Both the position numbers and the translations under genes were made by a program. The notes beneath the pieces are model-generated. The model made no database searches. It was not told the DNA's origin and saw nothing but the letters and a program-made list of their open reading frames with translations. Below, piece after piece: positions 7,686 through 19,600 of a DNA stretch of 22,164 nucleotides. The stretch is from Elusimicrobiota bacterium. Its GTDB lineage: Bacteria; Elusimicrobiota; Elusimicrobia; Elusimicrobiales; UBA9959. Every line of letters starts with the position of its first letter. Position 1 is the first letter of the stretch. The stretch lies in contig JBAXKK010000040.1 of NCBI GenBank assembly GCA_037137395.1, positions 1 through 22,164 of the forward strand, written 5' to 3'.

Positions 7686-10600
7686 CTAGTGCTTCACGCC
7701 TATCTTTAAGATCTTGGTGACGCCCGCGGCTTTTATCACGCAGATATACATACCCATGGAAACCTTGCCGTTCGGCCCGTCTCCCGACCAGGCCACGGCG
7801 TTAGCTCCGGCAATTCCGGAAAAGCCCAGAGATTTTACTTTCCGCCCGTAAGCGTCGTAAATTGTTATGGCTACCTCGCTGTCCTTATTAAGCGTGAAAG
7901 CTATGGTTCCGTTCTGCCTGCGTGAATCGAACGGGTTAGGATAAACGCTGGCGCTTGAAATAACGGCCAGGGCTTCCAGGTTGATGTTCACCGACAGCTG
8001 GTCGCTGGGGCCGCCGGACACTCCGGCGTTGTTCACGGCGTAGACGCGGTAGAAATAAGCACCCGGGGCGCGGCCGGCCGCGGACGCCGCTGCTCCGGTG
8101 CCGTTGATAGCCAAAAAGTGTTCGGTGGTGGTGCTGACAGTCACCCATTTCGGGCTGTTGCCCAGGCGCGATTCCACCACGTAGTACGCTATCCCCGATA
8201 TGCCCACCGTGGCCGAGACCCAGTTGAGCAGCAGGTCACCGGCCTCCGCGCTGGTGTAAACGGCGCCGGCCGGCAGAGTCGGCACCACGGTATCCACTAT
8301 AAGGCGCTTGGAAACGATGTCGCTATAGTAAGCGCCCACGGAGTTCTTCACCTTTATTGAAATAATATAGGACCCGTTGTTAAGCAGGTTAAGGCCCCGT
8401 ATAGAAACATCGCGCGCCCCGCCGGCGGCTATCCATGTGGTGCTATCATTAGCCGGGCTGGTCCCCACATAATAGTAAACCTGTTCAATACTCCCCGCGT
8501 ACGCGGTGGAGGCCCAGCGGAAGCTCAGCATGGTCCTGTAGGCGTTAAAGGCCTCGTCATTCTCAGCATACATGGTGCCGTCGGCCCTGTAGATGTAGAT
8601 CTCGGGCGGCGTGGGCACCCTGGGATCGCGGATGGTGGAAAGCGCCGTGCCGACTCCGGAGAAAGACGCCGCGCGGTCCAGTCCGGACACGAACAGACTG
8701 TTCTCGTTAGACATGCTCATGCTGAAAGTGTTGCCGATGGTAGCCGCCTCGGAAATATCCGTCACCACGAAATAGGTACGCGTTGAGGCTATTATCAGGT
8801 CGCCCAGATCCGGCAGATAAACATAGGTCTCGCCGGATGAGACGGCGGCGGTGGTCACCAGCGCGTCATATTTCGGATCAAAGAATCCGCTGCCGTCGGT
8901 GTCGCGGTAGAACCTGATCAGTGGGATGTCATCGGGGCCGGCTGTGCCTGTGACGCTGAACTTCATCCCGGTCAGGTAAGCGGCGTCCCTGTCGGCCCAG
9001 AAAGAGATCTTAGCCAGTTGCGTATTTTCCGCGCCGACATAGAGGCTCCTTGAGGCTATATCCGTAAACGACATATAGATGGTATCGGGCAGATCTATGA
9101 TCGACCCGGCCATATTGAAGGTTATAGTGTCGCCTATTATCTGCGCGATGTCGGGCGCGGTCACGACCGGCGTCACGCGCAGACTGAAGCTGCTGTCCAC
9201 CACGGCAAAGCTGGATACATCCACCACCACCAGGTAATTTTGATAGGTGAGGTTGTTTATGGATTGCGGCGGAATAACCACCATCACGCCCATCCCTACG
9301 GACAGGGATTGCAGCGTGCCGACAATAGTCTCGCTGGAATCCAGGACGCCGTCCGCGTTCGCGTCATTGTACAGTTTTATCCGCAGAATATCCGCGTCCG
9401 GAGTGGTGCCTATCTTATCAAAGCGCACGGTGGACAGGATGGCGGAATTAGCGTCGGTATTCAGGCGCAGCCGGCCCATCACGCGGTTGGAATCGCCCTG
9501 GGTAAGCGTGGGGGCGGAGTCGCTGCCGGTGATAGTCACGACGTCAACGGTTGGCTTTATCATGGCGCGGGCGCTGATAAACGGCAGGCCGATAGAAGAC
9601 ACGGTGTGCGGCTCATTCACCCGCATATAACCGGCCGAAGGCATGTCCACTCCGAAAGTCCGGCCGTAGGTGGCCGTGCCTGAGATATCCGCCACCAGGT
9701 AATAGAGATAGGTCCCGTTCTGCACTATTGTTTCCGGAGCGGCCGCCAGATTAAACGACACCACCCCGCTGGCGAAGTTCCCCGTCAGCAGTCTTACTTC
9801 GCTCTGGCCGTCCCAGACCCCGTTGCCGTTGTCGCGGTAAAGGGTTACTGCCGAGACATCCGCGTCAAAACAGTTGCCGCCGCGCGAGAAGTCAAGCCGG
9901 TTAAGGTCTATGGTGTAGGAGGAAGCCGACACCGTGAAGCTGGCCACCAGCACCGCCGTCTGCCCCTGCACTACCCAGGTTGAAAGCTTGTTCTCAAAAT
10001 TGACCGACAGCCGCTGCGGCGGCGCCTTGACATAAAGCATCTGGGACGCGAATGTGGTTTCCGCCACCGTGTTGGGCGCGCTTACCGTAACAGCGTCTTT
10101 ATTCGCCAGACGCAGGTTGACGGTGCGGCCTATCACCGCGCCGGGCGCCAGATCCACGGCCAGGTAATAGTACTTCGGGGTCTTAAGAATTTTCTGCCCG
10201 GCCGGGGACGGCAGGATAGGCAGCGCAACCATGCCGGGGTTTGAATCAGTGCCGAAGCTCACCGTGCTGGGCGAGACCAGCGTGTAGGCGCCTATGTTAT
10301 TCTGGTTAAAATAACCGACATTATTGCTGTCGTGATAAAGCTTGACGGCCAGGATCTCAGCGTCGTTCAGCGTGCCGCCCTTGGCAAACTGCAGCTTCAG
10401 CAGCTGTGCGGTGGAAACATCAGTTTTGAAAGCCAGCTTCAGCACAGGCACATTGATGGTACCCGGTTCGGCGCCGCCGGACGGGATAACATTAGTCGTG
10501 CTGATGGTCACTATATTCATGTACTGTCTGACCTGGGTAGCCGTGGAGAAGTACGGCGCCTGGACAGAGTTGGTGGAGATAATACTGGGCGCGGTTATAG

Positions 10601-13600
10601 TAAACCAGCTGGTGGTGGTTATCTCCACTCCCAGGGTCTGCTCAGCCGCGGGGTTTATATCCACCGCCACAAAGTAGGCGGACCCGGCCGAATCCACCAG
10701 CTGCGGCAGACTGAAGGAGATATTGCACAGCCCTCCTACAAAGGTGTCCACTCCGGAGGAAACCAGTTCGTCGCCCGGCACCTCCAAACCTCCGGTGCCG
10801 TTGGCGTCCCTGTACACCTTGATCGCGTCCACAAGCAGATCGGGCAGGGTGCCGGTCCGCTTGATAGTCACCCCGGTCCAGGTAACGGGGTTCAGCTCTG
10901 ACTGCATGGTAAGCATCAGCAGGGCGTTATTGGTGGTGCCCTGGTAAAGCGAATTGGTGGTCAGGTCGGCCGCGCCGGTTATGCGCAGCGGGTTCACCGT
11001 AACGCGTATCGGCGCTTCGGTGGTGTTGAAAGGCAGATTGCCGGTGAACGAAGTGTTCGTGCCCCCCATGCGGAAGTAAACGGTGCTGGTGGGAGTGCCG
11101 GTGAATCCCGCGCCTACCGTATTGCCGCCTACCGCGGTGGGCGATATCTCATATACGATGAAGAGCGGCGTTGTGGTGCCGGCTCTCACCGCTACGGTGG
11201 TTATATCAATAGTGGCCACGCCGCCTACAACCGGGGCCGAGCCCAGCATCATGTCAAAATCTTCGCTGAAGTTGCCGCCGTCAGGGACCATGTCTTTATA
11301 GACCCTGGCAGATCTGATGTCGGAATCTATGGACACGCCCAGCCTGTTCACCTTCACCCGGTTAATCTCCGCTATACCTATGTTAACGTTAACCGAAGCT
11401 ATCGCCACGGCGTACAATCCGGCCTGCACGAAGTATTCCGGTATAACGGACTTAAGGATCACGCTGGCTATATTGCTGGTCTGTATGGTCACGCTGTTGG
11501 ACTCGAACGGATCGGGCACCATTATGGGCATATCGGTGGAGTTGTTCAGCGTGAAAGCCGAAGATGTGTCTATCACCACCTTGAAATTAGAACCTTCCTC
11601 GGCGGACGCGGCCACGTCAACCACCAGGAACATATACACCGGCGTTGTTCCAACCGTCCTCTTAACAACGTCGCCGTTCAGCTGGATCGTGGCGCTGTAA
11701 TCGCTGAGGAAATCAGCGCTGCCGAGCTGCGTGTCGGCCAGTATATCGAACCTGACATTGCCGTTGTCCCGGTACAGCCTGGCGCCGGCAACGCCGTTTG
11801 ACGCCACGGTCCCGGACAGGCGGATCTTCAGTTCGTTTATAAGGCTGGTGCCGACATCCGTGTACATGGCCAGCTTAATAATGGACACATTGGCTATTCC
11901 GGGCTGCGTAACCGTCGGGGCTATGCTGGTGGGCTGTATTATAAGGTTATTGTCGCCGTCCAGTATGGTGGTCTGCGCTGAGATCATGGGGAAAGTTCCC
12001 ACCGTCTGGTAGGGCTCCGAGAACAGCAGAGCGGAAGCCGCGCTGACCCTTATGCCGGCCTCAGCTCCGACGGTGGCTTCCGGGGCGAAGGTGTAGGCCA
12101 GCAGCACCTTTACCGGCGTGTCGGTAACAGGCATGGCCGGGTTGACAAGTATGGTGGCGTTAGCGCCTGAGAACGCGGCCGGGATAATATTCAGCAGCGT
12201 ATCGCCTTCGTCTACGATTCCGTTGGCGTTCACATCTTTATACGCGCTCACGGAGGTTATGTCCGAAGCCGCGATAGTGCCCGACCAGGAAACGGCTATC
12301 CGGTTCAGCGCCGCAGGCGGCAGTCCGGCATTTACTCGCATTTCCAGCGACATCATGGTCGCCTGGGAACCCTGTTTAGCGGTCAAAGGCGCCGTGCTGA
12401 CGCCGGTTACGTACACATAGCCGCGCGTCTGCGTTGAGACCGGCGTCGAGTAGACGCTTTCATTATAAGCGTTATCCCTTGCCCTTACCCTGCCGTAATA
12501 AACGGTGGCCTCAAGCATATCCGGGAACACGGCGGAACCTGCCATGCCGTAACTGGTGCTTGAAACATTTGATGAGAAATCCACTGACGGCGAGACCTCA
12601 AAGAACCATTCCTTGATCCCGGACAGCGCGTCCGCGCCGTTGCCGGTTAAGGTAAGCGTTCTGGAATTCGCGCTGAAAGCGGTGGCAGTGGCAGTCGGGG
12701 GCGTGGTATCCACCAGCACCGAATACGGGCCGTAGGCTGTAGTATTGCCGGCCAGATCAGAGGCGTGAAACATTATCTGGTTCGTGGCGGCGCAGGACCC
12801 CGCGCCGGTGCAGCGGACGGCGGTGGCCGACTGGTTAAAATCAAGACCCCAGGTTGACAGGGTTTGTTCATCACCCGTGCCGTCGGTGCCGGTAAGGCTC
12901 GCGCCCACCGGCGCCATCCGGCCCGCCTTGCCGCCGGGACTGGTTCCGGCGTACAGCTTGCCGTCGTAAACGGCCAGAGAATTCACATGTGTCTCATTCG
13001 CCAGTATACCAAGATTGCTGCCAGCCGCCAGCCAAATGCTCCCGCCGTCAAACACCATCACCCTGCAATTGGGGCTTGTTCCGGCGTACAATTTGCCGTT
13101 GTAAACGGCCATAGATATTATATTCGCCCCGGTTATCACCGTAACCGGCGCGAGCCACGCGCCGACGGCGCCGTTAAGCACCGCCACTTTGCCGGCATTG
13201 GTTCCGGCGTACAACCTGCCGTTATAAACGGCCATTGAGCTCACGCCTGATGGCAGCCCGGTTACGGAGACGGCCCAGACGGCGCCGTTAAACACCGCCA
13301 CCTGGCCTACACCGCCGGCTGTTATGCCGGCGTACAACTTGCCGTTATAAACGGCCAGAGATGATACATTTGGATTTGTCGCCCCGGCGATGATCGTGCC
13401 CGCCGTATTCCAGGTCTCCCCGTTAAACACGGCTATCTTGCCGCCGGCCGTACCGGCGTATAACTTGCCGTTGTAAGCGGCCAGCGCGTTTACGCCCCCC
13501 GACCCCGTGATAAGGGCGTTTGAGGTTTGCCAGGTGCTTCCGTCGAATACCGCGATTTTGCCGCCCGAAGTTCCTGCGTATAGATTGCCGTTATAAACGG

Positions 13601-16600
13601 CCAGCGAAGTGATCCCGGTCTCGCCGGTAATAACCGGGCCCAAGGTGCTGAAGTCATCTATCAGATCTGTTCCGTCAAATTTCGCCACACGGTCGGTGGC
13701 CGCGGTTCCCATATAAAGTTTGCCGTTGTAAACAGCCAGCGCGTTTACGCCTGTCGCGCCTGAGATCACCGCGTCGCCGTTGTTCAAGGGCGACCAGGCC
13801 CCGCCCATAGCCCAGTTTGCGCCGGCGGTGGTGGTGTATCTCACGCTAAACCCTGAAGTGAGGTCTCCCCAGTCGTGCCCATCCGCGCCGCCCCAGAGCG
13901 AAGAAGTTGAAACGGCCAGGCCGGAACCCGGCACCGCGTCCATCGCAGCGGCCTTTGCCCCCATGCCCGTACCGACATTAAACCACTTGGAGTCGGCCCA
14001 TTCCACGCCGGTTGAACTGATAACCGTGAAGTTGGCGGCGGTGGGTATGGTGAAATCCGTTACAAAAGTTGAGGTGGCCCAGGCCCCTGTAAAGCCGGAA
14101 ACATTGTTTTTTAACTGAACGCGCCAGTAGATGGTTGTGTTCTCAGGCAGGTCCGTGACCGGCGTATAAAGCCCGTCAAAGGTCGGATAATTGGCGCTTA
14201 CCGCCCCGGAGACATCCTCTTTTATTATAGTTGAAGAGAACGACGGGTCATTGTTTGAAGCCTCAAGTTTATACGAGGCGTTGCTGCCCATGGCTGACAC
14301 CGTGCCGCTGGACGGCCCGCTCCAGGCAAGCGTCGGCTTCTTCATATTGACATACACGCCGGCGCGCGGCTCGTTTGGCACCGGCGGAGGCAGCGTGCGG
14401 GTGAGCGAGTCGTTCAATACCGCGTACGGACCGTAGGTCTTAACATTCCCGGCCCGGTCCGACTGCGTGAATATAACCTGGTTGGTGGCGGAACACGCGG
14501 CGCCGCCGCACACCTGGCTGTTAGCCGACTGTGCCAGATTCAGGCTGGCGTCGGCCGAAAGGGTGTGGGTATCGTTGGTTCCGTCCGTGCCGGTAAGCGA
14601 AGCCGCCAGCGGAACATGCTTATAGATATAGCCGCCCGAAGTGGAATAAAGCGTTCCCTTAAAGACCACGGCGGAAGTCCCGGCACCGGCGCTCATCCTT
14701 TTGAGCGTTGTGCCGTCGGTGGTAGCCGACAGCCCGGAACCCGTCGAAATGTATAAAAGCCCGTCGTAGGCGACCGGCTGGGTGCCCCATGCTCCGCTAA
14801 GCGTGGTCCAGGCCGCCCCGGTATATTTCACGCCGCCGTTACTCGCCCCGCTCATAACATAGAGATTTCCGTTATAATGCCCGAAACCGCCGGCGTAACT
14901 GCCGCCGGTATAAGCCGTGGTCCAGTTCCCGCCCGCGGCAAGCGAGTAAACATGGGCCGCGGCGGCGTATTCCGAAGCGTAAAGTTTGCCGTTAAACGTG
15001 GCAAGCGCGGCGGCGCGCCCGGTAAGCGTCCCGCTCTTGGCGTTAAACCAGTTGTCGCCATCGCTTGTGGCGTACACATAAGGAACTACTGAGCCGGCGG
15101 CGTACAATTTGCCGTTATAAACGGCCATTGAATATACAGCCGAGGGAACCGCGCCGGCGCCAAGCACTAAGTTCCAGTCCACTCCGGCGTTAGAGGTCCA
15201 ATAGATGCCACCGGTAGTGGCGGCGTACAGCCTGCCGTTATAGACGGCGAAAGCGGTTACAGGTGGCAGAGGAGGCCCGCCTGCCGAGACCGGGTTCCAG
15301 CCGACGCCCAGGGAATAGATCTGGCCAAGGCTGTCTCCGGCGTAAAGGATGTCGTTATAGCTGGCAAAAGCCGTTATGGTATTTGGGGCGGCTGAGATCC
15401 TGTCGCCGTCGTTCATGGGTGCCCAGGAGCCGCTTATCCAGGTGGCGCCGGCGCAGGTGGAATAGATCACGCCGAAGCCGTTAGTATTCTCGCTCCGGTT
15501 ATAGCCGTCCTGATCCGGCGTCGCCACCGAGCCCGAACTCACCGCCAGGCCCGAAGCCAGATCATACACGCTCACCTTAGCTGAAACTCCCGTAGGCTGG
15601 GTCAGCCAGGCGTTTTCCGCCAGCCAGTCGCTGTCAGTGCTCTTAACCGTAAAGCCCGAAATAGAAGGCTGCACATTATCCGTCACAAAACTTACCGGCT
15701 CGCTCCAGGAAGTGGTATAAGCTGAATTCTGATTAGTGAACCTCACGCGCCAGTAATAGGTGGTATTATTGGCCAGCGGCGCGGCGCTGTAATATCCGTC
15801 CACGGTAACATTATTGGTGCTGAACGCGGAAGTTATAACCACCGAGTTGATCACCGGGGCGCTCATGTCCGGATTAACCGAGACCTCGATATTAAATCTG
15901 GTATTGCCGCTGACGCCCATAATGGCTACAGCAGCGGTGCTGGGTCCGGTCCAGGCGAAACCGGGGGTCAGCGTGCTTACATAAACGCCGCCGATAGGCG
16001 AGTTGGGCACCGGGGCGGCCAGCGTAGCCGTAATATAGTCGTTTAAGATGGCGTACGGGCCGGCGCCGCTTATATTCCCGGCCAGATCTCCAAGGCTGAA
16101 AGCGATCTGGTTCGTGGCGGTACAGGGCAAGATGCTGCAGTTAGCCGCGCTGGTGGATTGCGTAAGGTTAAGCCCGCGCGCCTCAAGCGTGACCGGCCCT
16201 TTTTCACCATCTGCGGCGGTGGAAACCATCGTTAAGGGCGAAAGGACAGCGATATTACCAAGTGGTGCGCCCGCGTACAATTTCCCGGCGTAGGAGATAA
16301 GGCCGTTCATATAATGGCCTTCACCCCATGTAGTGTATGGATATTGCAGCGAGGTAACGATCGCGCCGGTAACCGGGTGCCTGTAAGCCACGCGGCTGAA
16401 TCCGGCGGGGGCGGACCGCGAGAGCATATAGATACGGCCTTCATGCAGAGCAAGGCTCTCTCCGTAGCCAACGGCGCTTACAGTCCGCAGTGTGGCTCCG
16501 TCATACGAGTAAATTCCGCTAAATCCGGTAATATACAATAAGCCGTCATGCGACATCATGTCATACACAAGGTTGATGGTAGCGCCGCCGGGAGAAAGCT

Positions 16601-19600
16601 TCCAGGCGATGCCATCATATTCCATGATCCCGACCGTGTTCGGGGTGGGCGCGGCGTAAAGTTTTCCGTTGTGCGCGGCAAGGGACTGGATGCCGGTTGC
16701 GGTCGGAGCTATGGTGTTGCCATTATTGGTAATTGTCCAGCGCGTACCGTCAAAGACCGTCACCCGGCCGCTGCTGAGTCCAGCGTATAATTTACCGTTG
16801 TAAACGGCAAGAGTATTAACCGTGCCAAAACCGGAATACTGCGTCGCGTGCGCGGTCAGGCTCCAACTGGTATTATTAAACTTGGTTATAATACCGCTGG
16901 TTGAACCCACATAAAGGTTATCGCCATAAACCGCCATGGAAACGATGTTAGTCGCCAGGCTGGTGAACATTTTAGTCCATTCTCCGCCGCTGTAAACAGC
17001 CAGATTAGGCGTACCGTTGCTGGCGTAAAGTTTGTCCTTATATATTACGAACGAGTTAAAATCGGTGGTACCAAGACCAGCAGAGACGGATAAGTCGGTT
17101 AATTCCCATGAGCCGTCTATCCAGGTACTTCCGCTATTGGTTGAATAGATAACCCCGACTCCCGAGGCGTTCTCGGCAAAGGAATCCCCCGATATCATAA
17201 CCGGCAGAGACCGGCTTGAAACCGCAAGCCCGGTGCCGTCATCCTGCAGGGTTATCTGCACTGTGGCCGGGGTGGTAAGCGCGATATATGTGGCCTCGCC
17301 CACCGAAGCTCCGACCTGGTTGATGATCGTAAAGCCCGAACCGTAAGGCGGGACAAGATCCGTCCTGAAGCTGTAAGTGCTCCAGTTGATCGCTAAATTG
17401 CCGGCTCCGGTCCTGACGCGCGCGCGCCAGTAATAGGTGGTGTTATCATTCAGCGCCGAGTTAAGCGCCAGCGCCCCGTCGCAGGTAATATCGGTTGAAC
17501 TGGCCAATTGTATATAGGCGCCGGTGCTGAATCCCACGCCGTCAAAATTGATAGACTCGTTAACATCCAGTTCATATCTGGAATTGCTGCCCATGATCGC
17601 CGCGGCTGTGGTGCTTACGCCTACCCAGCTGAAGACCGGGGTTGAAATACCGACAACGGAGCCGTTGCGGGGCCAGGAAGGCGTGGATATCGCCAGCGGC
17701 GAAGACTGCATATAGTCAACTTTAACAGCGTACGGTCCGTAGCGCTTAACATTACCGGCCATATCGGAGAACACGATAAGCGTCTGGTTGGTGGCGGCGC
17801 AGGGCCAGGTGCCGCCGCAGGAAATGGTATTTGTGGTCTGCACCATGTCAAAGCCGTATGCCTGCACATCGGAACTCTTGCTGCCGTCGGAGCCGGTATA
17901 AGCGATGCTTAATGGTTCATATACAAAGCCCCGGCCTGTACCATTGAATACATATAGCTTGCCCTGGTAGCCTGCAAACACAGTCCCTAAATTCTGATTG
18001 TATGTTTGAATAGATTTAGCGTCGTCAAAAACGAATATAGGGGCAGGCGTTGCGCCGGTCCACATATTGTAAAATATCGTGGACCTGTAATTCATTCCTG
18101 CGCCGCCGCTATTAATAGTATCTACCAACTTCACATAAGAGTTGTCCACATGGTTGTATAAGTGCAACCCTATAGCAGCTCCAGCCCCGAGTTTAGCGTC
18201 GTAATTATACATGCTGCGTGTATACCTGGCCGACGCCCATGGCACCACCCATGGCACAAAACCTCTTCCGTCAAACAGAGTAGACATCGCAGTATCAGGC
18301 GTCGGACTCGCGTCGTAACCGAAATATACGCGGCCCGCGTAAAGAGCGGAATTATAAGATGCCGACATACCGGGAGTTACGCCCGTACTAACCTGCAGCC
18401 AGTTCGCGTCCGAATTAGAAACATAAAGAGCGGGAGAATGGGTGATAATTTTCCCGTTATAATAAGGCCCAAAGCGAGTCGTACCATTCGCCACGCGGCC
18501 AAGGCTGGTCCAGGCGGTGCCGCTGAGATAGCCGACATAGCCGGTGGCATTTATTATATATAGCCTGTCATTATAAACCTTCATGTCGCTGATATCGCTG
18601 GTATCAGTCAGCGGCGGGTAACCGGCATTGGAGATGTCCCCCCAAGTTGTCCCGCTAAACACGCCTATAATACCGCCGGTAAGCCCTACATAAAGTTTGT
18701 CACGGTAAGAGGCCGCGGCCTTGGGCAACAGGCTTCCGAATGGAGCCACGCCGCCATTCAGCGCGGTCCAGTCGCCGCCTCTCCAGGCGTTACCTGAAGT
18801 GGAACTGTAGAAAACGCTTATGCCACCGGCCTGGTCAAGCGAGGCCGTAGAAAGCGCAAGGCCGGAACCGGCGTCAGTGATCGTGAACTGTACCGTAAGC
18901 CCCAAAGCCAGAGGTGAGATGCCGGTTGTAACACTCGTAAACCCTGAGCCCGGTATATTCACTTGTACATCAGTGCCGGCCGGCTTCGTCAGATCCACAA
19001 AGAAACTGAAAGTGCTTATGAACGGCGCGTAATTACCCACAGCCGTCTGGGTGCGCACGCGCCAGTAATAGGTGGTGTTTTCAAATAGCGTATGGGTGCT
19101 GAGTCCTATATAGCCGTCCACGGTGGGTATCGTGGTGCTGCCGGCGATCATAGGCGTTGAAAGGGCTACATCCACGGACGAGAAATCCGGCAACCGTGAA
19201 ATCTCAAGCTTATAGCTCGCGTTCGTTCCCAGCAAGGAAGCCAGCACTCTTTCTACGCCTATCCAACTGAAGCCGGGCTTTGAAGTACCCACCATAGCCC
19301 CGTTGGCTGGATACGACGGCGTTGAAATAAGCAAAGGCGAATCTTTATACGGGTCTATCATAACGGCATAGGGCCCGTAAGTTTTGATATTCCCGGCCCT
19401 GTCGGAACCGAAGAATACCACCTGGTTGGTGGCGGAGCAGGCCGCGCCGTTACAGGTGTTGCTGTTCTGGGAAGGCACAAAGTTGAGGTTATTGACGGTT
19501 ATAGTTTTAACGCCTGTTTCCCCGTCTACGGCGTTTATAGATATAACCGGCGATGAAAGAACCTTCAGCCTGGACTTCGGATAAGGCACATAGAGTTTGT

